Assembly: GCA_026397175.1 (NCBI GenBank)
Contig: JAPLVK010000022.1
Location: forward strand, 5,689 to 69,688
Length of the DNA: 64,000 nt
Source of the DNA: Candidatus Berkelbacteria bacterium
Lineage (GTDB): Bacteria > Patescibacteriota > UBA1384 > DTJR01
Direction of reading: 5' to 3'
Shown: piece by piece, positions 9,479 to 19,422 of the stretch
Numbering within the stretch: position 1 is the stretch's first letter
Layout: every line of letters begins with the position of its first letter
Notes under the pieces: model-generated
Database searches by the model: none
What the model was told of the DNA's origin: nothing
What the model saw: the letters and a program-made list of their open reading frames with translations, nothing else
Made by a program: the position numbers and the translations under genes

Positions 9479-9912
9479 ATTCGAAGCGTGTTTTCGAAGG
9501 TGAGGCCGACTGGTTTGAGGTACGCTTTGGCTTGAGGATCGGTTAGGTCTGCTTTTTTTCGGCTTAACTTGAATCTCGCCTTGGCGAGTAGCCCAGTCGG
9601 GGTCAGCTTGGTTTGAAAGACCGTCTGCAGTCCCTGGTATCTAATGATCCAGCGGAGACGGTTTTGGTCGGCAGGAATAGCGGTCTGTTGAGGACTTCCT
9701 CCGGACCCCAAGTCCAACAAGCTGAAAAGTGACTGATTTTGAGTGGGCGCGCCAATCACCTTTTTGGTCATATAGACCTGGGTGGGCTCTGTCGCTTAAA
9801 GTCAGTGAGAACACGCAAGAAGCGATTCACATTTTTCTTGATTAGTTTCTTCAAAAGATGTGATCGCACCATGGGGGCGGCTCGGAAACGAGCCGCCCCT
9901 AAATCATTTTTC
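9479..9912 (+). ncRNA. Candidate structured non-coding RNA of unknown class (about 430 nt)
   Basis: Bounded by a plus-strand promoter and a GC hairpin with GAAA loop plus T-run (9874-9912). No plus-strand ORF with an RBS. Long-range complementarity (CCGACTGG...CCAGTCGG) and local hairpins (ttcgaa..ttcgaa, CTCGCC-tt-GGCGAG). GC-richer than the flanks. Confidence 0.3.
9874..9912 (+). terminator. GC-rich hairpin (GNRA loop) plus T-run
   Basis: ggggcggctcg-gaaa-cgagccgcccc followed by taaatcattttt. Confidence 0.5.
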
Positions 9913-9926
9913 AGGTTACAAATTTG

Positions 9927-9964
9927 CGCATTTTGTCCGATCGGACAAAATGCGCAAATCATAA
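9927..9964. repeat. 38-bp perfect palindrome, CGATCG-core family
   Basis: atttgcgcattttgtccgatcggacaaaatgcgcaaat. Confidence 0.6.
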
Positions 9965-10090
9965 TCTATCGACAAATATTAATCTCGCATTCGCGAAGGA
10001 TTCTTCCCCCGAACTAGATCCGAGATCAATGACTAAAATTGGAGTATGCAAAGATTAAACCCTTACAAAGAGAATCATTTTAATAATTAG

Positions 10091-10146
10091 ATCAATATCA
10101 TAAATATTGATATATTGCACTTTTAGTACGATCGTACTAAAAGTGC
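10091..10146. repeat. Two adjacent palindromes upstream of the 10298 gene, including a 30-bp CGATCG-core palindrome
   Basis: atcaatat-cataa-atattgat (10091-10111) and gcacttttagtacgatcgtactaaaagtgc (10117-10146). Confidence 0.6.
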
Positions 10147-10297
10147 ATAAGATCTAGGAGAGGATACATTAAAAAATGTTAATTTACGGAAATTTTAAAA
10201 TTTGATTTGAAACAAAAATTCTGTAGCTTGAAGTTGAAATTAAGAAGAGTAAGATATTAGATAATTAAGCAATCAACAAAGTCCTTTAGGAGGGATC

Positions 10298-12034
10298 ATG
10301 GATTTGGATAAAAAACATCACGATGCGCCGAGAGTTGTGAATATTGGAATTTGGTCTATGGCCGTTGTAGGGGCACTCGCGTTTGCAATTTCGTTGGGCG
10401 GATGGTTTTATTCGTCTGTTGAATCGCCGATTTCGGCAAGTACCTCGGCCGGGTCGGGCACATGTCCGTCTGATAAACAAATTGCGATTAATAACTATCC
10501 CGGGACCAGCAAAGAATACCATGCCCTTTTGAGCAATTCGCGCGATCAAAATTGGCGATGCTCGCTTGTCTGTAATACTTCCGGAAAATCACCCGATGAG
10601 TTTATCAAAGGGTTAACAATTGGTGGAAAACCAGTAATTATTTATAGCACAGGCGATGAATTTAAAAGTAAGGGCAGTAACATCGGTAAGGATGATTTTG
10701 ACCGAGTCGTTGTTAGCGGCGCAACAAAAGGAAAATGTGAAGGCGCGAAAACCGGATCGACAAACGGCGCAAGCATTGACTATGTAGACATAAAATATAA
10801 CGACAAAGCAGTTGAACCACTTTCGAAGAATGAAACAATAAAGGAACTTTCGCAGGCAGCCAACGCCGACACAAGCAGCAATGAGCTACCAGCACCGATT
10901 GATAATCCAGGATCATCGCCAAGCGGGACAGACAGCACGACGACACCTGGACAAAAAGATGGTGTTCCAAAAATAAAGATTGTGAAACCAGGAACGCTAG
11001 ATCCCGATGCTCCGTCGTATACAATCCAAATTTCTGGAATTGAAAAATATTCCGACAGTACAAGAAAACCCGGAGATATTAGTATAACTGCAGCATTAAG
11101 CGACACTGACAGTAAGAGTGCAAAATTTCGTAATTCTCCAATTTGCGCTAGTGCTATGACACAAGGACCGGATGGTCATTATAATATGGAGTTTACGGTT
11201 GACGGAATATGGTATAGAGCAAATAGGAGTGCAAAGATATATTATTATGCTCTCGAAGAAACGGATGGGGCTATCCCTGAACAAAATAAAAGAAAACGAT
11301 CTTCATCGGATTCACTAAATAATCCAAGATATGTCCATTATGACGGCTCCACAATCCAAATAAAATATAACGAGGAATCCCTTTATGGTGTACAAGGTAG
11401 CGAAAATCCTGTTTTAACTTCAGCACAAGAATTGCAACAACAATGGGAATCTTTCGCAAGTGCGACAAAGTTAAATAGTTCACAGATGAATCAATGCGGG
11501 GGCTTGTCTTCGGGACCAACGCAAACAACGCAGGAAGTAGCGCAACAAACAATGCAGCAGATTACAAATCGAAATGGAACAGTTACATTTAAAATTTCCG
11601 GAAAAGTGTGGTGGAATTTTGCCGGAGGGTTAGAAAGTAAAAAAGCGGTTATTTGCGCAGCAATGTGGAATACTACTGACCCAGACGATCCTAAAAAAAG
11701 AAGTAAGATACCAAGCGAAGAATTCCAAAAGGTCAAGGCAAATACCAATGGAACATTTAGTATTGATTTGCCTGTAGCCATAAGGAATCTAAGGGGGCTA
11801 AGCATTGTTGCATTTGATCCCGGAGGAATTTATAGACCAAAATATTATTATTTCGGTCAAACTGCACTTGCTATGAAAAGCTATGTTATAAATGCAGTTG
11901 ACTTAACCACAAATAATTCTGCGTATGATGTCCCCTTCAACATAGGAAATCAGCTAGATCTTCAACAGGGTTATGGTGATTCAAAAAGGTGGCGAAACGA
12001 GTTCTATTATGCAACTGGTCACTACTGCGAATAG
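10298..12034 (+). CDS. Membrane-anchored large surface protein (hypothetical)
   Basis: 578 aa with an N-terminal transmembrane helix and a Ser/Thr/Asn-rich extracytoplasmic region. GGAGGGA RBS. No recognisable catalytic motif. Confidence 0.55.
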   Translation: MDLDKKHHDAPRVVNIGIWSMAVVGALAFAISLGGWFYSSVESPISASTSAGSGTCPSDKQIAINNYPGTSKEYHALLSNSRDQNWRCSLVCNTSGKSPDEFIKGLTIGGKPVIIYSTGDEFKSKGSNIGKDDFDRVVVSGATKGKCEGAKTGSTNGASIDYVDIKYNDKAVEPLSKNETIKELSQAANADTSSNELPAPIDNPGSSPSGTDSTTTPGQKDGVPKIKIVKPGTLDPDAPSYTIQISGIEKYSDSTRKPGDISITAALSDTDSKSAKFRNSPICASAMTQGPDGHYNMEFTVDGIWYRANRSAKIYYYALEETDGAIPEQNKRKRSSSDSLNNPRYVHYDGSTIQIKYNEESLYGVQGSENPVLTSAQELQQQWESFASATKLNSSQMNQCGGLSSGPTQTTQEVAQQTMQQITNRNGTVTFKISGKVWWNFAGGLESKKAVICAAMWNTTDPDDPKKRSKIPSEEFQKVKANTNGTFSIDLPVAIRNLRGLSIVAFDPGGIYRPKYYYFGQTALAMKSYVINAVDLTTNNSAYDVPFNIGNQLDLQQGYGDSKRWRNEFYYATGHYCE

Positions 12035-12048
12035 AACACTTCGACTTG

Positions 12049-13833
12049 TTAGATTATCTTCTCGAGTTCGTCGTGTTCGATGGTTTCTTTTTTGAGCAAG
12101 AGCTCGGCTAATTTTTTGAGTTTAGTTTTGTCGTGAGTCAAAATATTCTTGGCTTTCTTCTCTGATTCCAGAATAACTTTTTCGACTTCGCTATCAATCA
12201 AAGCCGCCATTTTCTCCGAATGAACTTTATGCTCGCCTAATTCGCGACCCAAAAACACGAGCTCGTCGCGCTGGGCCACAACAACCGGCCCGATGGCCTC
12301 GCTCATACCATAAACCTGAACCATATCTTTGGCAATTTTTGTGGCGCGTTCCAGATCGTTTGAAGCGCCGGTGGTCAATTTATTAAAAATCATTTTTTCG
12401 GCAACGCGTCCGGCCAAAAGTTGGGCAATATCGTTTTCGAAGTCCTCTTGCGATCTCATATAACGGTCTTCGTTTGGCATACTCCAAGTGTAGCCAAGCG
12501 CCATACCTCGGGAAATAATCGAGACCTTTTGCAGCGATTCATCGAGTTTTAAGGCCTTACCGACAATAGCGTGGCCGGACTCGTGGTAAGCGGCAATTTT
12601 CTTTTCTTCATTTGACATAACCTTACTTCTTCGCTCGGGGCCGAGAGTTACCTTCTCGACGGACTCCATAAAATTGAGCTCTGTGATGGTTTTTTGACCT
12701 TTTCTGGCCGCTAAAATAGCCGCTTCATTGACAACATTTTTTAAATCGGCGCCGCTCATACCCACAGTGTTTGAGGCAACTCGGGAAATATCAACTGATT
12801 TTTCGACCGGTTTGTTGCGCATGTGAATCTGCAAAATTTCTACCCGTTCTTTTTTGTCGGGCAGCGATAAAACCACTCGGCGGTCAAATCTACCCGGACG
12901 AAGCAGCGCCGGATCTAAAACATCCGGGCGGTTGGTGGCGGCAAGTATAATCACCCTTGTGTCGGTCTCAAAGCCATCCATCTCTACCAAAATCTGGTTT
13001 AGGGTCTGCTCGCGCTCGTCGTGGCTTCCGCCTAACCCCGCGCCTCTCTGGCGGCCAATAGCATCAAGTTCATCAATAAAAATAACGCACGGGGCGTTTC
13101 GTTTGGCTTTGTTGAACATGTCTCGGACTCTGCTTGCGCCCACACCGACAAACATTTCTACAAATTCAGAGGCGGAAATAGAAAAAAACGGGACTCCAGC
13201 TTCACCAGCCACTGCCCTAGCCAAAAGTGTTTTTCCAACACCCGGCGCTCCAACCAGCAAAACACCTTTTGGAATCTCGGCCCCAATTAATTTAAATTTG
13301 CCCGGGCTTTTTAAAAACTCGACGACTTCCATCAGTTCTTCTTTTGGCTCTTTTAATCCGGCAACATCGTTAAAAGTCGTTTTATTTTTTAATCCGGCAA
13401 GTCGTGCGGTTGATTTACCAAAACTCATGGCCTTAACATTTGCACCTTGGGCTTGGCGAAGCATAAAGTAGATAAATCCGCCGATTAGCAAAAACGGCAA
13501 AATAACAGATAAAAATGTCGGCCAGAAAGCCCCGCTATCAGGATTTTTGACATTAATATCAACTTTGTCCGGTGTGATACCATATTTTACCAGTGAGATC
13601 CCCTGCTCCTTATAGGCCTTTAATTTTGTGCCGTCTTTGAGGGTGGCAAGAATTTCGTCGTTATTGAGATTGATTTTATCAATTGTGCCATCTTGGTAGT
13701 CCTTGGCAATTTCGGAAATAGAAACATCTTTCGGGGGTTTAGAAAAAAGCGGTCCGAAAAAATTATAAAGCGCACTCGCCAGAAGCAAGGAGATAATAAT
13801 TGTAACAATTGTTCTAATTTGATTTGGTTTCAT
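12049..13833 (-). CDS. ftsH: ATP-dependent zinc metalloprotease FtsH
   Basis: N-terminal transmembrane helices, AAA Walker [24 protein letters not shown], the SRH region and the zinc motif HESGHAIVG. Confidence 0.9.
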   Translation of the reverse strand: MKPNQIRTIVTIIISLLLASALYNFFGPLFSKPPKDVSISEIAKDYQDGTIDKINLNNDEILATLKDGTKLKAYKEQGISLVKYGITPDKVDINVKNPDSGAFWPTFLSVILPFLLIGGFIYFMLRQAQGANVKAMSFGKSTARLAGLKNKTTFNDVAGLKEPKEELMEVVEFLKSPGKFKLIGAEIPKGVLLVGAPGVGKTLLARAVAGEAGVPFFSISASEFVEMFVGVGASRVRDMFNKAKRNAPCVIFIDELDAIGRQRGAGLGGSHDEREQTLNQILVEMDGFETDTRVIILAATNRPDVLDPALLRPGRFDRRVVLSLPDKKERVEILQIHMRNKPVEKSVDISRVASNTVGMSGADLKNVVNEAAILAARKGQKTITELNFMESVEKVTLGPERRSKVMSNEEKKIAAYHESGHAIVGKALKLDESLQKVSIISRGMALGYTWSMPNEDRYMRSQEDFENDIAQLLAGRVAEKMIFNKLTTGASNDLERATKIAKDMVQVYGMSEAIGPVVVAQRDELVFLGRELGEHKVHSEKMAALIDSEVEKVILESEKKAKNILTHDKTKLKKLAELLLKKETIEHDELEKII

Positions 13834-13871
13834 AAATCTAAAACAGATCCTGCAATATGAATTTTAAAATT

Positions 13872-13948
<77 letters not shown>

Positions 13949-14079
13949 TCATATTTAGAAGAATAGCAAATTTCCTCGAATTAGTCAATTTACAGATTAA
14001 CAAATTTTGCGAAATAGTAAAGAGCTCTTTACATTTATGGTTTTTTTTATAAAATAGAAATGTGTTAAAAGTATAAAGT

Positions 14080-14156
14080 GACAGTGTAGCTCAGATGGTT
14101 AGAGCGAGGGAATCATAACCCCTAGGTCGCTGGTTCGATTCCAGCCACTGTCACCA
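14080..14156 (+). tRNA. tRNA(CAU): elongator Met or Ile2 (lysidine) type
   Basis: GACAGTG-TA-GCTC...anticodon loop AUCAUAA...T-arm GGUCGCUGGUUCGAUUCCAGC (resembles ileX-type T-arm), with encoded CCA. Confidence 0.75.
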
Positions 14157-14232
14157 CACTTCGCCCTTCGGGCTTCGCGTGGCACAGCCACCTTCTTATT
14201 TCTGGGCTACGGGTGGCAAGCAGCCATTTTTT

Positions 14233-14643
14233 TTATAAAGTGTCGAGGGCGTGGTTGACGAGAGAGTCCGCTTCTTTGTTATCCTCTCGTCTGATATGAG
14301 AAAAATTTATCGTCCCGCCGTGTTCGGATAACTTCTGCTTAATATCTAAATAAATAACTTTTAAATTTTGATCCTTCACCTTGTATTGGCCATTTAGCTG
14401 GCGGCAAACTAATTCGGAATCCAAAAGAAAATCAATATTGGCTTCTTTTTCGTTCTCCAAAACCCACTCGAGGGCTTTTTCTATGGCCGTGTATTCTGCA
14501 ACATTATTAGTTTCGACTCCGATACACTCGCTTATTTTGTGGATAATCTTACCCGATTCAAAATCAACAATTACAATCCCGATTGCGCAAGGACCGGGAT
14601 TTCCTCTTGATCCCCCGTCTGTAAAAATTTTTAACTTCTTCAT
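14233..14643 (-). CDS. rnhA: Ribonuclease HI
   Basis: FTDGGSRGNPGPCAIGIV...NNVAEYTAIEKAL...REDNKEADSL catalytic DEDD signature. Confidence 0.85.
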   Translation of the reverse strand: MKKLKIFTDGGSRGNPGPCAIGIVIVDFESGKIIHKISECIGVETNNVAEYTAIEKALEWVLENEKEANIDFLLDSELVCRQLNGQYKVKDQNLKVIYLDIKQKLSEHGGTINFSHIRREDNKEADSLVNHALDTL

Positions 14644-15677
14644 GGAGTTGCAGTTGGGTTAATGTTTGGCATCTGGCAATTTTTGCCGCAGAAAACGCCG
14701 AAATCCGCAAGCCCGACATACGCGCCGGTTGACGCATCAATTTTAGCCTGTAATTTTCTTCGCGCTTCGCCGGCCTTGCCGACTGACTCAATAATAATTG
14801 TCCCGGGTTTGTCCAAAGTCGGAGGAATTATATCAGTTACATGTTTTGCGCTGATCTTGAAAAAGATATATTTAGGATTATCACCACTAATACCACTGAC
14901 CCCGTTGGCGCTTAATCGGCCAGCAGCAGTATGGGCATCGGAAATAATTTGCGCCGCTTGTGGCTTGATTTTGAGATGACATTCCGAAAGTGCTGTACAC
15001 TTATCCAGACCATTGATAGTCATTGCGTGCGAGCTTATAATATTATTTGTTTTTTCGTCCAAAAGTTGTTCTTCTCCGGTTTTACTTAAATCAACCAGTT
15101 GATAGTTGACCGCTGAAAAGACGACATCGGAATCAAAAAATTTATGATACAAGCCGTCTGTAACCGTAAAATAAAATGGTTTTGAAAAATAAATTGTTAA
15201 ATTATCGAGCGGCGTGCTGGAATTATTAATTAAATAGGATAAATCAATATCCAAGGTGTCGTCGCAAAGCAGCCGCAAGGCCTTTTGTGTAATTGCTTGC
15301 TTGGGGGCCTCTTGCCAATTATTAAAATTCCCGTCTTCGAGGTTATTCCCGACCGATAACGCCTCCATCTTGACCGAAAGATCGTAAGAAACTTTAGGTG
15401 AATCAACTGTTTTATTCGCAATCACTTGACTCGGAAGTGTTCTAAAAACAAGCGATTCCTTGCCTTGCGATCGAGCATATTTGTAGCGCAGAAGACCGTC
15501 TTCGATGCCGCTTAAAGCCGCGCGATAAGCCATCTGGCCTTCTCTGTCTTGGCCTGATTGCTTGGTCTGCTGCGAAATCATCAAAACCGCACCGGTCAAT
15601 AAAGCCGATAAGATAATACCCATGGCAATCGCGATAAGCAACGCGGATGATTTAAATTTTAATTTTGTTTTTTTCAT
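14640..15677 (-). CDS. Pilus-associated protein with PilX-like N-terminal hydrophobic segment
   Basis: N-terminal SSALLIAIAMGIILSALLTGAVLMIS. Last protein-coding gene of the pilus operon, 4-bp overlap with rnhA. Confidence 0.45.
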   Translation of the reverse strand: MKKTKLKFKSSALLIAIAMGIILSALLTGAVLMISQQTKQSGQDREGQMAYRAALSGIEDGLLRYKYARSQGKESLVFRTLPSQVIANKTVDSPKVSYDLSVKMEALSVGNNLEDGNFNNWQEAPKQAITQKALRLLCDDTLDIDLSYLINNSSTPLDNLTIYFSKPFYFTVTDGLYHKFFDSDVVFSAVNYQLVDLSKTGEEQLLDEKTNNIISSHAMTINGLDKCTALSECHLKIKPQAAQIISDAHTAAGRLSANGVSGISGDNPKYIFFKISAKHVTDIIPPTLDKPGTIIIESVGKAGEARRKLQAKIDASTGAYVGLADFGVFCGKNCQMPNINPTATP

Positions 15678-16459
15678 CAGATCGGCCTCAAATTATTAAC
15701 GGCACTGACAAAAACCCTGGTCATCGCTTTGTTTTGATCTTGGGTCGCTAATGAATTATAGAAAAGGTCTTTAAGAGCAACGGAGTAAATTTGCGTTCCG
15801 ATTTGTCCCGATGGTCCGCCACCGTAAGAGCCGTTACCGCGAATGGTAAAAAATTTTGTAACATTTTTGTAGGCATCGCTTGGTGGGGTCTTGGCAGGAT
15901 CTATTGCAGCGCAATCGTTTGAATGAATTTTTTGGGGCGGATTGGCCGGATCGTTTATGGCGTCGGTTAAAATTGTTGCTGCTACTCCGCCAACCAAATA
16001 AGTATCGTCAATCGTACCTTCGATATCTTTTGCCAAATACATTTCCTTTCTTAAAGAAAAATAACCGTATTGTCCCGTAGCATCCTTTTTCTTAAAAACC
16101 ATATTGACCCAAACCATATATTTTCCATTGTCCAAAGTGGTATTGTCTGATTTTTCAAATGTTGCAAAACCAACGGACTGGCTGATATTTTTATCAATGT
16201 TGATAAACGAATATTTTGGATCCGCAAAATCAATCGCCACAATTCTGGAAGTGCCGAAATTGGCAGATCGAACCATCAAGTTGATATAATTCTCGGTTTG
16301 TTTGGCACACTCATTGGTTTTGGAAATGTCGGTGGTGAGTTCATTTGATTTTTTAATCATGGCAAAAGAAGCCGTCGCCATCACAATAACCATCATAAAA
16401 ATAAACGACGCAACCAGAATCTCAATAAGTGTAAAGGCCTTTGTTTTCATCTTTCCCAA
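15677..16459 (-). CDS. Prepilin-type pseudopilin (minor pilin)
   Basis: KAFTLIEILVASFIFMMVIV class-III signal, with Phe+1 and Glu+5. Confidence 0.6.
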   Translation of the reverse strand: MGKMKTKAFTLIEILVASFIFMMVIVMATASFAMIKKSNELTTDISKTNECAKQTENYINLMVRSANFGTSRIVAIDFADPKYSFINIDKNISQSVGFATFEKSDNTTLDNGKYMVWVNMVFKKKDATGQYGYFSLRKEMYLAKDIEGTIDDTYLVGGVAATILTDAINDPANPPQKIHSNDCAAIDPAKTPPSDAYKNVTKFFTIRGNGSYGGGPSGQIGTQIYSVALKDLFYNSLATQDQNKAMTRVFVSAVNNLRPI

Positions 16460-17046
16460 TCCGTAAAAATTTGCACGAGTTTAAAGTGTCTGACACCGGT
16501 TGCTTCTTCCCATTTGACATCAATAGTTGCTTGGCGACATTTGGCTGGAGGAACTGTTTGAGTGTCGACTGAAATCGGGTTGGGACACACTTTTACAGCG
16601 ACATTAAAAGCAAAATAGCCGTCCGAAAATGACGGGTCGTCCAGTTCGTTTGATTTTATTGGGACATAATTATCGTCGGGGACTGTCGTTGCATCCAACC
16701 CCTTATAAATAAATCGGCTTAAAGGATATAGTGTAAAATCCGCTTTGTTGCAATCATTTGTTGTTTTGGTTTTATAAGTGTTTGTGTCGAAGCATCTGAT
16801 ATTGATAATGTTCGGGCTTGAGACCTTGTCGTCAAAGGAAACTCGGCCGGATGATTTTATTAAATTGATCGTTTCGAAAAGATTATTGGAAATGTGCTCG
16901 GCTTGGGTATAGGCGGAATCGGCCGAGGCGGTACGGCTGGTTGAGGAAGAAAGCGCAACCGCCGCCGTTAAAACCAAAATAACAATAATTGACGCAACAA
17001 TCGCTTCAGTTATGCCAAATGATTTTAACTTTTTACTGCGTAACAT
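16447..17046 (-). CDS. Prepilin-like pseudopilin
   Basis: N-terminal KSFGITEAIVASIIVILVL hydrophobic helix of the pilin type; operon context. Confidence 0.5.
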   Translation of the reverse strand: MLRSKKLKSFGITEAIVASIIVILVLTAAVALSSSTSRTASADSAYTQAEHISNNLFETINLIKSSGRVSFDDKVSSPNIINIRCFDTNTYKTKTTNDCNKADFTLYPLSRFIYKGLDATTVPDDNYVPIKSNELDDPSFSDGYFAFNVAVKVCPNPISVDTQTVPPAKCRQATIDVKWEEATGVRHFKLVQIFTDWER

Positions 17047-17515
17047 TTACACTCCCATTGGGTGAAATTGTAACGATATCTTTAATAGTGTTGTCCTTTT
17101 TGGATACGACTTGAAGAATAAGATTAGCAACATTTTGCGCCTTTCCGGACTGGGCGGAAAAAATAATTTTTGCCGCGCTCGGCGAAACGGTCGAAGAAGT
17201 TAAATTCAAGGAATCAATCGGATTGTTTTGGGGATCATCCATATTGTCGGAGCCACCAACATTTGTACTTTTAATGAGCCGTTTCAACTCCAAAACCCCG
17301 CTATCTCCCTTTGAAACATCAACTTTATATGCGGTTGCTTCGGGGCTGTCGGGATGATAGGCGTAATTTTGCGCCCTAACAATAAAAGACGAAACCAGCC
17401 CTGCTTCGCTGGCTACGGAATTTTTTTGGCTCGTGGCATGGCTAAATATTGGGATACTTACAACCAGAAGCAGCATCGCAATTGAAATTGCCACGATCAG
17501 CTCGATGAGGGTCAT
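17033..17515 (-). CDS. Prepilin-like pseudopilin
   Basis: Begins MTLIELIVAISIAMLLLV; the true start may lie upstream. Confidence 0.5.
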   Translation of the reverse strand: MTLIELIVAISIAMLLLVVSIPIFSHATSQKNSVASEAGLVSSFIVRAQNYAYHPDSPEATAYKVDVSKGDSGVLELKRLIKSTNVGGSDNMDDPQNNPIDSLNLTSSTVSPSAAKIIFSAQSGKAQNVANLILQVVSKKDNTIKDIVTISPNGSVNVTQ

Positions 17516-17557
17516 AGATTTTATCTTGATCGTTTTCTCCTTATTATTTGGCTATGC

Positions 17558-18034
17558 TTATTTGGCGACAAAATAACAGGCGGTGGGATTCTGGGTTTTG
17601 TAAAACTGAACGATTGGGGGCGAAGAAGCAGTAATATTACACGGGGCTGTCCCTTGCTCTGCTGTCTCCATTTTATCAACGATCACGGCTGCTTTTCTGC
17701 CATCACAACTAGAAACATAAGTGTAATGCACAGTGTTGTCTGCCGGATCCACAGGAAAAGGATTTAAATACTGGCTAAGTGCGGTGAGTATTTCTGTATC
17801 ATTAGCCACAACATAAGCTGTACAGGCACCTGCCCCAACGGGATAAGTGCGGGTATTGTTTAGATAATATTGATCGAGAGCGCTGGAGATAATGTTGGCG
17901 TCGCTGATGCGGCGATTGTCGCGGGAGCGTTTTCTGGCCGGACCAAGACCCAAGACAACCAGAGTCGCTAAAATTCCGATAATTACAATAACCACCATAA
18001 GTTCAACTAGAGTAAAAGCGCGAACTTTTTTCAT
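17558..18034 (-). CDS. Type IV pilin / GspG-like pseudopilin
   Basis: MKKVRAFTLVELMVVIVIIGILATLVV. The start was taken at Met-14 of the ORF-track ORF. Confidence 0.7.
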   Translation of the reverse strand: MKKVRAFTLVELMVVIVIIGILATLVVLGLGPARKRSRDNRRISDANIISSALDQYYLNNTRTYPVGAGACTAYVVANDTEILTALSQYLNPFPVDPADNTVHYTYVSSCDGRKAAVIVDKMETAEQGTAPCNITASSPPIVQFYKTQNPTACYFVAK

Positions 18035-18062
18035 ATCCCTCCTTTTCCGCCTAAGGCGGAAT

Positions 18063-18836
18063 TTATAAACCAAATATTTTTAAATATAAATTAATAATTT
18101 TTTCGCCCCAAAACAGACCGATCATTCCTCCGATTGCCAAAAATGGACCGAATGCGATTTGCGATTTCGACCTCTTTTGTGAACTAATAGACATTTTTAT
18201 TATACCAAATATCGCGCCCAACATAAAAGCGGAAAAAACGGAAACAACGGCGGCCGGAAAGCCCGATAAAATTGCTATCCAAGCGGCAAAAAAACTATCT
18301 CCCAGTCCCATCCATTTCTCGCGACTGATAAGATAAAGCAAAAAAGGAATAACGACTGCAGCCGAAATAGCGTAAAGTAAGGAAATCAAATGAGTCAGAC
18401 CGGTTGAGCGTAAAAAATACCAAATTAATGCCAAAATGATACCAACAATTAAAACCGGCAGTTCAACTTCTTGATTTTCGGCGTCAAGCCAACACGCAAC
18501 TAATAGCGCGGATAGCGACAAAAACAAGACGAACGAGGAAAATGATAGACCAAATTTAAGATAAACCGCCAAAGCCAAAATGGCCGAGATGATTTCGAAA
18601 ATCGGATATTGCCAGCTGATTTTTTTTGCACAATACCGACAACGGCCGCGCAAAAACAAAAAACTAAAAAGCGGGATTAAAACCCAAAACCCAAGTTTGT
18701 GATGGCACTTTGGGCATTGACTTCGGCCGATAATAATTGATTTGGGATCTTCAAGACGATTTTTGTCAACAGATAAAAATGAACCGAAAATTAACCCGAA
18801 GATTATAATAAATAATATTATAAGATTAATTGGCAT
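18063..18836 (-). CDS. pilD: Prepilin peptidase (A24 family)
   Basis: N-terminal zinc-finger-like CPKCHHKLGFW...CRYCAKKISWQYP plus polytopic membrane domains. Confidence 0.85.
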   Translation of the reverse strand: MPINLIILFIIIFGLIFGSFLSVDKNRLEDPKSIIIGRSQCPKCHHKLGFWVLIPLFSFLFLRGRCRYCAKKISWQYPIFEIISAILALAVYLKFGLSFSSFVLFLSLSALLVACWLDAENQEVELPVLIVGIILALIWYFLRSTGLTHLISLLYAISAAVVIPFLLYLISREKWMGLGDSFFAAWIAILSGFPAAVVSVFSAFMLGAIFGIIKMSISSQKRSKSQIAFGPFLAIGGMIGLFWGEKIINLYLKIFGL

Positions 18837-18865
18837 GATTTTATACGACAGATACAGTAACTGGT

Positions 18866-19360
18866 TTATAGACAGGCTGCGTTTGGGTCTTTTAAATTCG
18901 AGTCGTCAGTGTCAGTAGTTCCATAACACCCCGCTATTGCTGATTTGCCGGTAATACTAAAGCCACTTGTTGTAAGTTGTATCTTTATCGGGTTTCCCAA
19001 ACCATCAACAGGAGCAGCACTAAACGGCCCAGCTATTCCTTCAATTGCGGTCTTGCAAACACCGTCTACTGGAATTTTTGAAGTTCCACATTTTACCGCT
19101 GGAGTAAGTGCCGATAGATCTGCAGCATCAGAGTTGGTCATAACCAGCTGAAGTGCTGTTTTGACTTGACTAATGGCAGTTTTTGTTTTTGCATCTTTGG
19201 AGGTTTTGATAGCTTTTTGAAGTCCCAAAACCACCAAAGTCGCTAGGATACCAATGATAACCACAACCACCAAAAGCTCTACCAATGTAAACGCTTTCAG
19301 TTTTTTTCCGCCAGAGGCGCCTGCCTGTCGGTCAGACAGGGATTTCGCTACGCTCAACAT
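18866..19360 (-). CDS. Major type IV pilin
   Basis: KLKAFTLVELLVVVVIIGILATLVVLG plus a C-terminal Cys pair (disulfide loop). Confidence 0.75.
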   Translation of the reverse strand: MLSVAKSLSDRQAGASGGKKLKAFTLVELLVVVVIIGILATLVVLGLQKAIKTSKDAKTKTAISQVKTALQLVMTNSDAADLSALTPAVKCGTSKIPVDGVCKTAIEGIAGPFSAAPVDGLGNPIKIQLTTSGFSITGKSAIAGCYGTTDTDDSNLKDPNAACL

Positions 19361-19422
19361 AAACCCTCCTTATTTTTTATCTTTTAGTTAATTTTAAAGC
19401 AAAATTTATAACAATGCAAGAT

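Noticed and set aside
9479-9912. RNase P RNA, tmRNA or SRP RNA identity for the candidate ncRNA
   Set aside because: Conserved P4 (GGAAAGUCCGGGC / ACAGAANCCGGCUUA) and GGUAAGAGCGCACC motifs are absent. There is no tRNA-like 3' end with CCA. Only a weak reverse-strand GGUCCGGAGGAAG resemblance to SRP domain IV.
9358-10017. 137-aa minus-strand and 92-aa plus-strand ORFs in the 9.4-10.0 kb spacer
   Set aside because: The plus ORF runs through the terminator hairpin and the 38-bp palindrome. The minus ORF ends inside the pcrA operator repeats and has no recognisable domain. The region is better explained as an ncRNA or degraded insert, so both are kept only as a hypothesis.
10713-11805. Stack of minus-strand ORFs (62-116 aa) inside the 578-aa surface-protein gene
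   Set aside because: Antisense to a long ORF with a good RBS and a transmembrane/signal N-terminus; no motifs.
12854-13471. 205-aa plus-strand ORF
   Set aside because: Antisense inside ftsH; the Ser/Pro-rich translation is typical of the reverse frame of an AAA domain.
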